Shown: positions 55,268-64,000 of the stretch, in pieces | Layout of the letters: each line of letters begins with the position of its first letter | Numbering within the stretch: the first letter of the stretch is position 1 | Origin: a virus | IMG/VR virus record: IMGVR_UViG_3300037225_000138 | Coordinates: 3,416 to 67,415 of that record | Strand: one strand, 5' to 3' | Length of the DNA stretch: 64,000 nucleotides | Notes under the pieces: generated by a model | The model's database searches: none | Told to the model about the DNA's origin: nothing | The model's input: the letters and a program-made list of their open reading frames with translations, nothing else | Made by a program: the position numbers and the translations under genes

Positions 55268-55723
55268 ATGAAAAAATTACTTATTGCACTATCGTTACTT
55301 TTAACAGTAACACTTTGTCAGGCTCAGTCTATATGGCAGCCTGTTCCCTCAACGCTTTTCAAAGCAAAATCAGCCCCGTTTGGGGTAGTCGCAACTCCAG
55401 GAACCTGGTTATGGAGGTTTTCTGCTGAAGTAACAGCCGAGGAACTTACATGGAATAAAACTACAAAGCAATTTGATTCAGCACCACTCAGTTCGGTTGG
55501 TCCGGCAATCGGGTACAGACATTTTGTGCCACTTGCTGACGGAACACCTTATAATGACTTTGGAATAAGCCTGGCTGCACTTTTAGGTACTGACATTAAT
55601 CAGATTAATCCTGCTACAATAAAACTGGCATTATTAATCAATGCTTTTCAATTCGTAAATATAGGTGTCGATACTAATTTTAAGACAGTTGGCATTTTAC
55701 TTGGCGCATCAATAAACTTCTAA
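55268..55723 (+). CDS. Signal-peptide-bearing, outer-membrane beta-type protein
   Basis: MKKLLIALSLLLTVTLCQAQ signal peptide, alternating beta strands and a C-terminal Phe. Confidence 0.6.
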   Translation: MKKLLIALSLLLTVTLCQAQSIWQPVPSTLFKAKSAPFGVVATPGTWLWRFSAEVTAEELTWNKTTKQFDSAPLSSVGPAIGYRHFVPLADGTPYNDFGISLAALLGTDINQINPATIKLALLINAFQFVNIGVDTNFKTVGILLGASINF

Positions 55724-55738
55724 TCAGGAGGTACGGCA

Positions 55739-56464
55739 ATGACTCTTTGGGATATATATAACTTGGTGAACCTTATTGTGAATAAGGACTTTGGTGGCAA
55801 CATTATTACTCCGGAACAATTCAAGGATCTCATCAAGGTAGTGAATATTGACCTTTTCCGGAATAAATATGGACTGCCGGAGGAATATCAGCCAGGGAGA
55901 CCTATCCCAAAAGAGTATGCCGAGATAACCCTCAAGAACATGGACGACCTGAAGGCCTTCAAGGTGTTCCTGAAGAACGTGCCTCTTGTCAATGGCACAA
56001 TACCTTATCCGGCTGACTACTGTCATAGAATTGAACTAACAAACAATTTCACCATAAAGATCAATAAGGTTGACACAGTGCTCCCGAAAGGAATAGAGGT
56101 GCTTACGGAGTCACAGCTATCGAGCAGGCTTGGAAACTACACCAAGAGGCCGGTTTCAAGGATGCCGATATGCACCTTCAGAAGTGATGCGATTTACATT
56201 TGGCCATTCGAGGTATCAGATATAGTTCCCGATCCTATAACTCAGGTAGATTTTGCATACTTCAGATGGCCGCATGATCCAGTGTTTGCTTATGTCATCG
56301 GAGATGGTGAGATTACTTATGATGCTGTCAATTCAGTGGAACCAGAATGGCCTCAAGACGAATACATCACTCTCACTGCGATGCTTCTCAAATATATCGG
56401 AATCAATCTTCGTGCCGAGGAGATAGTTCAGATTGCTAATCAACAAATTCAAACAGGTCAATAA
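55739..56464 (+). CDS. Tail ring/adaptor protein 1
   Basis: IY..V..I.NK...G.ITP..F...Y.R.P..P...Y pattern of crAss-like ring proteins. Confidence 0.7.
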   Translation: MTLWDIYNLVNLIVNKDFGGNIITPEQFKDLIKVVNIDLFRNKYGLPEEYQPGRPIPKEYAEITLKNMDDLKAFKVFLKNVPLVNGTIPYPADYCHRIELTNNFTIKINKVDTVLPKGIEVLTESQLSSRLGNYTKRPVSRMPICTFRSDAIYIWPFEVSDIVPDPITQVDFAYFRWPHDPVFAYVIGDGEITYDAVNSVEPEWPQDEYITLTAMLLKYIGINLRAEEIVQIANQQIQTGQ

Positions 56465-56475
56465 AACTCAAAACT

Positions 56476-56619
56476 ATGTGCCCCTATGTCTCAAATGCTC
56501 AGCGCCGGAAATTTCATCAACTTGAAAGTGAAGGCAAAATCTCACATAAGACAGTGAGAGAGTTCGATAAGGCAAGTAAAAATAAGCACTTACCAGAACA
56601 CGTAAAGAAAAGAAAGTAA
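56476..56619 (+). CDS. Small basic conserved phage protein (47 aa, not in the ORF track)
   Basis: PYVSNAQRRKF....GKIS..TVREFD.ASK...LPEHV. Confidence 0.65.
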   Translation: MCPYVSNAQRRKFHQLESEGKISHKTVREFDKASKNKHLPEHVKKRK

Positions 56620-56646
56620 GCCATGCAGAAACGTAACTAACTGATT

Positions 56647-57300
56647 ATGCGCATAATAGAATATGTTGACTTGGTTCAGGACTTCTTTGCAAATGATGTT
56701 GTAGGGGATATGAAATCCGTTTATCATCCGGGGGTGATCATTGGTCATCTACGCGATGTATTCCGTCAGATAGTCTATGAGACATGGGAGAAGGGTAAGA
56801 GGGAGAGTGACTTCAGTCAACTGGACGCATGGAGTCGTACATATACGGCTGATGTATTTAGTCAGACGGGCAAGAGTGCTTATGCGTTTCTACCCATTAC
56901 GCCTATTCTACTGCCAGACGGACTTGGAATAAGGCAAGTCTGTGACAATGCCGATAACACAAACGTCTTTGCACCTATTGAAGCAGGGGCTAATGTGGTG
57001 TTTGCGGAATTGGAAGTTGACACGATGGATGACACGCCTACATACAGGCTCGAGCAGAATAACCTTGCCACAACGGATGGAGAGCAAAGCCATATACTCA
57101 AACTTGACAGATTGCCTGTTGCTCCAAATGCAATAACAAAACTTGATATTCTTATGATAGTTTCGTTAGAACAACTCGGAGACTACGATGAGGCCCCGAT
57201 ACCGGCAGGAGAAGAGGATAACATTGTGCAGAGAGTCATTGATGTGATGATGCACAAGCCGAAGCCTGACCCTACTATTGATAATGAACCCATAACCTGA
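56647..57300 (+). CDS. Tail ring/adaptor protein 2
   Basis: Position, plus LP..PI.LP.GLGI. Confidence 0.6.
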   Translation: MRIIEYVDLVQDFFANDVVGDMKSVYHPGVIIGHLRDVFRQIVYETWEKGKRESDFSQLDAWSRTYTADVFSQTGKSAYAFLPITPILLPDGLGIRQVCDNADNTNVFAPIEAGANVVFAELEVDTMDDTPTYRLEQNNLATTDGEQSHILKLDRLPVAPNAITKLDILMIVSLEQLGDYDEAPIPAGEEDNIVQRVIDVMMHKPKPDPTIDNEPIT

Positions 57301-57305
57301 TAGCC

Positions 57306-58115
57306 ATGAGTAACGCTATACCTAAGACCCCTGGATTCGTCACGATAAGATATGTCGTGATGTCTATTTTAAATAGGTTGGGGGAATACAGCATGAAATC
57401 GTATAAAAGATTATGTCAGATAGCGATAGAGGGATATACAGAGGAACTTGCGTTATTTCACATAAATAACTCTCTTGAAGTTGTATATCTTCATATGAGT
57501 ACGGCCAAGACAGTTGACCTTCCTGCCGACTTCATTACATATACAAAAATAGGGATTCCTGTCAACGGTAAGTTAAGAGTATTGACTCAACATGATCAAC
57601 TCTTATTCCCGAGAGTATTTGATGATACACAAGTGGCAATAGGGAATACTACAGTTAATAGTGGTACCGGAATTTCTGATGCCCTTTTCTTTACCGATCA
57701 CTGGAGGAATGGCCAATTTGTCGGAGGACTCTATGGGTTGCCAGGAGGTCTTGATCGTGCTTATTATCGTGTTGACATGGAAAGAAGGCAGATAGTCTTT
57801 TCAGGAAGCACCCCGAGGTCTGAAATCGTCCTTGAATACATCGGTACCGCATTAAAGCCAGATGGGTCATCGCTGATACCCCGTGAATGTGTTGATGCTC
57901 TTCGTAATTATGTTCTGTGGCAGATGGTTATTAACGACATGACAGGGTTTATGACTGGCCGGGCTCAGATGAAAACAGCAATGGCTGAGATAGGAAGGCG
58001 CAAACAGGAGTTCACCGAATCCATAGCAGCGTTACGTTCCTTTAATTTTGAGTTTACTGCGAATGAACTATTAAGTGTACTTAGATCAGGTTATATGCAA
58101 TCACCTAAACGATGA
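57306..58115 (+). CDS. Tail tubular/ring protein 3
   Basis: LPADFITYTKIG, YRVD..RRQIVFS, IVLEYI and EC.DALRNYV.W motifs. Confidence 0.7.
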   Translation: MSNAIPKTPGFVTIRYVVMSILNRLGEYSMKSYKRLCQIAIEGYTEELALFHINNSLEVVYLHMSTAKTVDLPADFITYTKIGIPVNGKLRVLTQHDQLLFPRVFDDTQVAIGNTTVNSGTGISDALFFTDHWRNGQFVGGLYGLPGGLDRAYYRVDMERRQIVFSGSTPRSEIVLEYIGTALKPDGSSLIPRECVDALRNYVLWQMVINDMTGFMTGRAQMKTAMAEIGRRKQEFTESIAALRSFNFEFTANELLSVLRSGYMQSPKR

Positions 58116-58183
58116 AAAATCAATCTGGCATATATCAAATGAAAAAGGCGATAATTAATCAGGAGGCTTCGCTGTGCAACTGA
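58112..58183 (+). pseudogene. 23-aa remnant, probably of a GIY-YIG endonuclease gene
   Basis: MKNQSGIYQ start with the YIG half missing; overlaps both neighbours. Confidence 0.5.
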
Positions 58184-59781
58184 AAGATGTAAAACGATTT
58201 TTAGCATTGAACAGTGATGCGATCCCTGCTGATTTAAAACCAGAGGAGATAACCCACGCTCTGAATATGAGGATGGCGAGTAGCAACGAGAAGCAGGGTG
58301 CCGGTGATGCTGAGACGTTACAGGGAGAAGTTGAAATACCTATCAATGCTACTGCAGACATCACTTATTATGGGCAGGCCATCGGTGGCAACTTTCTATA
58401 TCAGGGATGGGATGAAATAAAAATAGGCACTCAAGTTTGGATGCGGAGGAATTGGGATGTCGCTTATCCGGGGAGCAAGGTTTATAATGATAATGAGGCA
58501 AACAGGGCCATCTATGGAGGTCTTTACACATGGAACCAGATAATGTCAGTTGATTTTGCACCTGATGGATGGCATGTGCCTACGGATGCAGAGATAACTG
58601 TTTTATTGACTTATATGGGGGGGTTGATGCTTGCCGGAGGACACATGAAAGAAGTGGGGGAAGAACATTGGACTGATCCGAATACAGGAGCCGATGACTC
58701 ATTTGGCTTCAGAGCATTGCCTGGAGGTAAGTTTGATAGCGTATTTGAGTTACTCGGAGCTAATGGGTTATTCTGGTTACAGGATGAGAGTATATTTGCT
58801 GTTTCGATAGTCACCACTAAGAATGGTAGTTATTCTATGGATATAGCTGGTGACGGTCCGATAAATATTACTTGGGGTGACGGTTCCGCAGATACACCAT
58901 ATACACTTACGGGGACACCGCATACTTTTACTCATGCTTATACAGGGGTAGCAAAGACGATTACTATTTCCAATCCGGAAAATATAACCAAATTTTTTGC
59001 ACTTAATGATAACATAACAAGTATCACTGGTCTCAATCTATGCGATGGGCTCATCAATACCAATCTGAATAACAATCTAATTAGTTCTTTAGTGCTTGGG
59101 TCATGGCCTTCGTTAGAAAGTTTTAATGTGGGGTCAAATTTATTAACAAGTTTCATCGGATTACCGAGTTGGGTAAACCTGACAGATTTGACTATTGACG
59201 ATAATCCTATTACTACTGTTTTATTTTGTGCTGAATGGGTGAATCTTGTGGCCTTGTATTCCTACGGTGGCTTATTTGCAAGTGTTACGTTACATAAAGA
59301 ATGGGTGAATTTGACCAATCTGGAGATAGCTGATAATCCGAATGTGGCGAGTGTGGGTACTTTTAAAGAATGGGTTAATCTATATTCTATTAATGTGAGT
59401 TATACGAACATAACACACCTTGATACATTTGTTGAATGGATAAACCTTGCCCGGCTATACACAAGAGACTGTCCCAATATGGGTAATGTGACTGTGTTCC
59501 CGGCATGGGTTCACATGGAAACTCTTTATTTAGCCAGTTGTCCAAACATAACATCTCTCGTCAATTATGCAACATGGACTGTACTCGTATTTTTGACTGT
59601 AAATGGATGTTCGATAACTGTGGCTAATGTGATTAACCAAATATTGATTGTATTGGATTCTTCGGGCATTACGACTGGGAATATAGACTTAGCAGGGGGG
59701 ACAAATGCAGCACCGGCAGGATTGGGTATCACCGCAAAGAATAACCTCATTGCAAAAGGAGTAACCGTAACTACAAATTAA
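58174..59781 (+). CDS. Tail stabilisation (muzzle) fragment 1, fused to the N-terminal part of a FISUMP domain and a PKD/LRR adhesin module
   Basis: LNSD......PEE..HALNMR.....G.AE...G (muzzle start); IGTQVWM..N...YGGLYTW...P.GWHVPTDAE...GFRALPGG...FW (FISUMP); WGDG; WVNL LRRs. Confidence 0.7.
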   Translation: MQLKDVKRFLALNSDAIPADLKPEEITHALNMRMASSNEKQGAGDAETLQGEVEIPINATADITYYGQAIGGNFLYQGWDEIKIGTQVWMRRNWDVAYPGSKVYNDNEANRAIYGGLYTWNQIMSVDFAPDGWHVPTDAEITVLLTYMGGLMLAGGHMKEVGEEHWTDPNTGADDSFGFRALPGGKFDSVFELLGANGLFWLQDESIFAVSIVTTKNGSYSMDIAGDGPINITWGDGSADTPYTLTGTPHTFTHAYTGVAKTITISNPENITKFFALNDNITSITGLNLCDGLINTNLNNNLISSLVLGSWPSLESFNVGSNLLTSFIGLPSWVNLTDLTIDDNPITTVLFCAEWVNLVALYSYGGLFASVTLHKEWVNLTNLEIADNPNVASVGTFKEWVNLYSINVSYTNITHLDTFVEWINLARLYTRDCPNMGNVTVFPAWVHMETLYLASCPNITSLVNYATWTVLVFLTVNGCSITVANVINQILIVLDSSGITTGNIDLAGGTNAAPAGLGITAKNNLIAKGVTVTTN

Positions 59782-61532
59782 TGAGTTTATCAGCCGAAAT
59801 ATTATCCCTTTCTTATGGTAGTGCGGTAGCCACAAAAACTTCTGCCTTAAAAACCGATTATTTGTCGGTAAGGCTTATAAAGAACATTGGTTTTCTTAAT
59901 CCCAAGCAACCGTCATACGTAACCAATATACTGCTTTGTGGTAACTGCGTGGATCCTACAACAAGAAACCTTTATGTCTTTTATATTGACACCTTCTATG
60001 GTTCTGCATGGATTATAGAGATAAACGTTGATACAAGAGTTCAGTCAGTGGTTTATTACGACAAGTACAATGCCATTGGCTTTGATCCTCTACATAAATT
60101 CCAGAATGCAAAAGTAGTCTTTGGCCGGTTGGTGTGGACGGATAATAATGCTCCCATCTATCAGATGGACATTAAAAGGGCCAAAAACTCATTCTATTAC
60201 AAGATTGGCTATGGTCAGTACCCAAATACGGCAGAATGGAATGCGGTAACATCTTATGGCATTGATCAGATAGTTTCCAATGGTAATTATTTCTATAAGA
60301 GTATTGTTGATCATAATGTAGGATACGAACCATGGTCGGATAATGGGATTCATTGGGCAAGGCTCTGCATGATAGAAGACGCTTATTATTCTATGAATAT
60401 TGAGAATTTCTATTTTGAGCCTATGCCTCCCAAACATGCCCCGGTAGTGCAATATTATTCCGATGTAAGCCGTCAGGTCAATAGTCTCCGACAGACATTA
60501 TTCCAGATTGCCTACCGATATGTTTATATGGATTGGAGAAGGAGTACGTTTTCTCCCGCAAGTATCGTCCCTATGCCAAATGGAGAAGAAGAGACAGCTA
60601 CAGGCTTGGCTAATGAGATGACATCTCTTAATAATGCCTTAAATATCCTTGTTAATACTGGTGGTGAGGAGGTAAGACAGATAGAGATTGTCGCAAGAAG
60701 TAGTAGTGATATTTCTAAGTGGTTTCTTATTAAAACTATTGATAAGTTCAGCGTGCAAGAAAAGGGTGGTGAAATATCTGGTGTGGTAAAACCATCTTAT
60801 GTGGGACTTGGATTATCTATTCCTTACCCGAATGTGATGAATGGAACGGTGGGGAATCCTTCTCAGGTGGGTGCAACAATCACAATACCAACGCCTACTG
60901 TGGTAAATCATTATTTGACATCGAGCATCTTAGATATGCATTGGAATGCTAACGATTATGGCATAGTATTAGGGCAGGATGCCGTGATAAGCATATTTGG
61001 AGGTTCTGCTACTACATTAACATCATTCCCTTCATGGATAACGGTTTTCGAGACTATTCATAATACTCCATTATCGGCAGGTGCAACGATAATTAATGGG
61101 CAGACAATAGGCATTACTCCATCTTCAGTAAACACAGGGCCACAAAGATCAGGGATAGTCGTGATAACGGATGTTATGGGTAACTCAACGTCTATTATGG
61201 TGACTCAATATACCTCTGCATCTTCTCCTACGGTGTCAATTCTTATAAATCCTTTAGAAGCAGGGGGGATGACATTATCTAATACTTCGGGTAGTGCAAC
61301 AAATGGCTCTCCCGATGTTGATACTACTTTTACCCCGGACAATCCGGCTTATGGATATAACGTTCCAATAACGATATATTATTCCATAACGAAAAATGGT
61401 GCAAATGCGGGGTCTGGCAACATTTTAGTATCAAACAAGAGAAGTAATACCAAAACATTAGTTATGACAAGCAATGCTGCGCCAGGGGATGCTATAATAG
61501 TCTATCTAATCTCATCAATAATAATCGTATAA
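59781..61532 (+). CDS. Muzzle fragment 2: FISUMP C-terminal end, muzzle propeller segment, CBM5/12-like insert and BACON-like tail
   Basis: LSY...K.DYLSVRLIKN; LVWTDN; FQIAYRYVYMD..RSTFSP.S; NTG...VRQIEI.AR; SWITV...NTG.QRSG.V.IT....VTQ. Confidence 0.7.
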   Translation: MSLSAEILSLSYGSAVATKTSALKTDYLSVRLIKNIGFLNPKQPSYVTNILLCGNCVDPTTRNLYVFYIDTFYGSAWIIEINVDTRVQSVVYYDKYNAIGFDPLHKFQNAKVVFGRLVWTDNNAPIYQMDIKRAKNSFYYKIGYGQYPNTAEWNAVTSYGIDQIVSNGNYFYKSIVDHNVGYEPWSDNGIHWARLCMIEDAYYSMNIENFYFEPMPPKHAPVVQYYSDVSRQVNSLRQTLFQIAYRYVYMDWRRSTFSPASIVPMPNGEEETATGLANEMTSLNNALNILVNTGGEEVRQIEIVARSSSDISKWFLIKTIDKFSVQEKGGEISGVVKPSYVGLGLSIPYPNVMNGTVGNPSQVGATITIPTPTVVNHYLTSSILDMHWNANDYGIVLGQDAVISIFGGSATTLTSFPSWITVFETIHNTPLSAGATIINGQTIGITPSSVNTGPQRSGIVVITDVMGNSTSIMVTQYTSASSPTVSILINPLEAGGMTLSNTSGSATNGSPDVDTTFTPDNPAYGYNVPITIYYSITKNGANAGSGNILVSNKRSNTKTLVMTSNAAPGDAIIVYLISSIIIV

Positions 61533-61544
61533 AAAACAAATATC

Positions 61545-61970
61545 ATGGCAAGTTTAATTCCGAAGTTCGCAAAAAAAGAGATCACCGATAATTGGGTGAA
61601 CAATGAGACATGGAAACTCATGTTATTGAAAAACACCTTCACTCCAAATGCTGGCACTCAACAGTTTGTAGCAGATGTGTTGCCTGCAACGTATGAGATA
61701 ACTGATTCTGGAGGTGTATATACTGCAGGAGGTGTTGCTATATCAGGGAAAGCATCACTGGCCGATACTAATAACTATTCTCTTGATGCAAATGATGTAA
61801 GTATTGGTCCGGGGGCAACACTGACTTATCGCTATGGTATTCTTTTTAAAGACACAAGGAATCAGGCTACATCTCCGATTCGAGCCATTATTGACTTTGG
61901 AGATCAGTCAGTAGTCAATGGAACGAGTATCATTGAATGGAACGCACTTGGAATAATCTATTTGACATAA
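61545..61970 (+). CDS. Small phage tail-associated beta protein
   Basis: K.MLL...FTP.......DV....EI.....YTAGG...IDFG......GT..I.WNA.GI family motif. Confidence 0.75.
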   Translation: MASLIPKFAKKEITDNWVNNETWKLMLLKNTFTPNAGTQQFVADVLPATYEITDSGGVYTAGGVAISGKASLADTNNYSLDANDVSIGPGATLTYRYGILFKDTRNQATSPIRAIIDFGDQSVVNGTSIIEWNALGIIYLT

Positions 61971-61974
61971 TAAA

Positions 61975-64000
61975 ATGATCTTCTCTCACGACACGGATAT
62001 TGATTCAGCCTTTTATAACGATAAGGTCTTAGACATTATTGATGCTGGTACTATGGCTGAACCTTTTACTTATGTTCCTATAAAGGCGGGACACATGGAA
62101 CTTGTAGGGGGTAATGCTATTGTCTTTGGGAAGATCACCGAAGGAGAAGATATTATCACCCCTGAAATAACAACGGAGATATCTTATGTAGATGTCTCTG
62201 CCGGAGTATCGAGGAATGATCTTTTAATGGTTCCTCACATGTCATCTACGGTAATGACTCCAATTCCATTGACAGATCAAATAATAAGGACTGTATCTGG
62301 CTATCTAATAGTTTCTTTGCCGGCAACACCGATAGCAAATGACATATATTATATAACCATAGCGAGCATAACGCAGGGTATATCGAGCCGAACAGCCACT
62401 TATACAGTGTTAGCAGGAGATACCACGGCAGCCTTAAAAGCCGGATTGTTAGCCAGTCTTAATGATCCTGCTCATCTTTTTGTTGTAGCCCCGGGGTCTC
62501 CTGCAGGTGAGATTTGGTTATATAATGTGCATCGTGATTTTGGACAGATACCAACATATCAGGATGGTAATATCAATACTATTTTTGCAGATTACACTTA
62601 TAGTGCATACATATTAAGTCTTGGGAACACGATAAAATATCCTGAACTTAAATGTGGATCATCGCATGGATTCGGCATAGTGTATAAAGACAGGTCAGGC
62701 AGGCAATGTTCGGTGATGCCTATTGATCCTGTATATATTCCCTTTTACACAGAGCCAAATGGAGTATTGAATCTGCTCAGTTCTATTGTAAAATTAAAAT
62801 TCAAAATATTAAACGCACCTCCTGATTGGGCAGAGACTTATGAGATAGTCTATTTTGGCAATAACTCCATGGATTATTTCATGCAGATAAGAGAGAGTGA
62901 TGTAGCCAAACTTTCTTATGGCACTTATAGGTATTCTATGAATGTGCAGATGACATTTGATTGGACATACTTACAAAATAACAGGTGGAAAGTAGGCGCT
63001 TATGCTTGGGAGCCGGGAGACAGGGTAAGGCTTATCGGTATTATTGACCCTGCTACGGGCATTATTACAAAATACACGGTACTCTATGATTATGAAATTG
63101 AGAGTACGAGTACCCGTGATGGGAGTGCTATAAGTGGTGATTGGCTCATCTTCCAGGCGAAGAACCATCCACATGACCTTGATCTGGGAACTACCGCAAT
63201 AACTAATCTCACAGGCAATCTTAATGGGACGGTTGTTTATACTAAGGCCAATGATCCTACTGTTCCTACTGCGAGGATTGATACAATAACTCTTTCTGGT
63301 AGTAGTGGAACAGCAAAGATATGTGTAGGCACATTGGAGAAAACCGCCACATGGAATGTTGGCGGGTTGGCTGCAACAGTAACCGATTTCATTGCTTCAT
63401 GGCATGTCGCGTATGCTGCAATAGGTATTACATTATCTACTACAGGGATAGGCGACATTATCTTTACAGCATCGGTAGCGGGTGTTGATTTTCTTTCACC
63501 TACAAACATACTTGTCGAATTATATCGTCCAAAGAAAGGATTAGGCCAGACGATAGCTTATGGCACAGGGATGGTGTTTGATATTGCGGTTGATAGTAAT
63601 GGTCATCTATATCATAAAGGAGACGTGGATCAGGTTTTCGGTGTTACGGGCATCTGCACGACCCCGGCAACCGTTAATAACACCGCAAATGACTGTTGGA
63701 AATTTGACAGATTGAACTATGCTTATAATTCTGGCTCAGTAGAACCATTTTGGGCAGAGAGCATATTCCCGAGTGATTGGTGGGGCGGACAGGTTGTTGA
63801 TAATAAGTTGACATCATGTGGATTCCCATTTCTCTATGATCTCAGTTTAAGACAGGAAGTATTGGATGAGAGAATACGCAATGGAGGATTCTTGCTTACT
63901 GGAACGCGGACAAATAATATTGCACATTTCACCTATGATAGTTTTCGTGATCTTCCTGAGAAAGATGGCCCAATAACCGGATTAAGAGAGATAGGATATA
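61975..64000 (+). CDS. Muzzle fragment 3 (3'-truncated by the window; missing from the ORF track)
   Basis: Frame read from ATG 61975 with FYND, VP.KA..MEL..GN.IVFG.ITEG, KCG..HGFGIVYKD..GR and PPDWA..Y motifs; the window ends in the same frame with DLPE.DGPI. Confidence 0.75.
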   Translation, partial: MIFSHDTDIDSAFYNDKVLDIIDAGTMAEPFTYVPIKAGHMELVGGNAIVFGKITEGEDIITPEITTEISYVDVSAGVSRNDLLMVPHMSSTVMTPIPLTDQIIRTVSGYLIVSLPATPIANDIYYITIASITQGISSRTATYTVLAGDTTAALKAGLLASLNDPAHLFVVAPGSPAGEIWLYNVHRDFGQIPTYQDGNINTIFADYTYSAYILSLGNTIKYPELKCGSSHGFGIVYKDRSGRQCSVMPIDPVYIPFYTEPNGVLNLLSSIVKLKFKILNAPPDWAETYEIVYFGNNSMDYFMQIRESDVAKLSYGTYRYSMNVQMTFDWTYLQNNRWKVGAYAWEPGDRVRLIGIIDPATGIITKYTVLYDYEIESTSTRDGSAISGDWLIFQAKNHPHDLDLGTTAITNLTGNLNGTVVYTKANDPTVPTARIDTITLSGSSGTAKICVGTLEKTATWNVGGLAATVTDFIASWHVAYAAIGITLSTTGIGDIIFTASVAGVDFLSPTNILVELYRPKKGLGQTIAYGTGMVFDIAVDSNGHLYHKGDVDQVFGVTGICTTPATVNNTANDCWKFDRLNYAYNSGSVEPFWAESIFPSDWWGGQVVDNKLTSCGFPFLYDLSLRQEVLDERIRNGGFLLTGTRTNNIAHFTYDSFRDLPEKDGPITGLREIGY

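Noticed and set aside
58792-59786. Self-splicing intron or intein explaining the muzzle split
   Set aside because: The insert is fully protein-coding (PKD/LRR). I see no group I/II core or endonuclease, it lacks a convincing intein signature, and it ends in a stop codon.
58408-59885. Diversity-generating retroelement targeting FISUMP
   Set aside because: No reverse transcriptase and no template-repeat copy seen in the window; one could lie outside it.
1-64000. Stop-codon reassignment as in some crAss-like phages
   Set aside because: Coding density is high under the standard code and TAG/TGA end genes at sensible points. The muzzle breaks are TAA stops with frame changes or intervening genes.
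1-64000. tRNA genes, integrase, DNA polymerase
   Set aside because: None recognised by eye in this window.

Overview
A 64-kb piece of a tailed dsDNA phage genome. The host is very likely Bacteroidota, judged from many TTTG-N19/20-TAnnTTTG promoters and A-rich, SD-less leaders. The structural module resembles crAss-like/Bacteroidota podoviruses. In order, the window holds: the 3' part of a giant virion/ejection-type protein gene; a replication/recombination block (primase-helicase, YqaJ exonuclease, RecT, RusA, DUF3127 SSB, GroES); a minus-strand block of small early-type genes; a probable genome-end/pac region; a DUF4373-type replication initiator behind a C4-like RNA switch; small structural genes; an 11-gene glycan-synthesis cluster running directly into the terminase; portal, scaffold and major capsid genes; a tail spike, lysis cassette and ring proteins; and a tail-stabilisation ('muzzle') gene. 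The muzzle gene appears split into three ORFs by nested adhesin inserts (FISUMP, PKD/LRR, CBM5/12-like, BACON). The main points of interest are this split, adhesin-decorated muzzle, the apparently complete rare-sugar (UDP-L-QuiNAc/L-FucNAc-type) pathway with glycosyltransferases in the morphogenesis operon, and several internally deleted genes that keep their ends. All family calls come from motifs recognised by eye; no database search was run.
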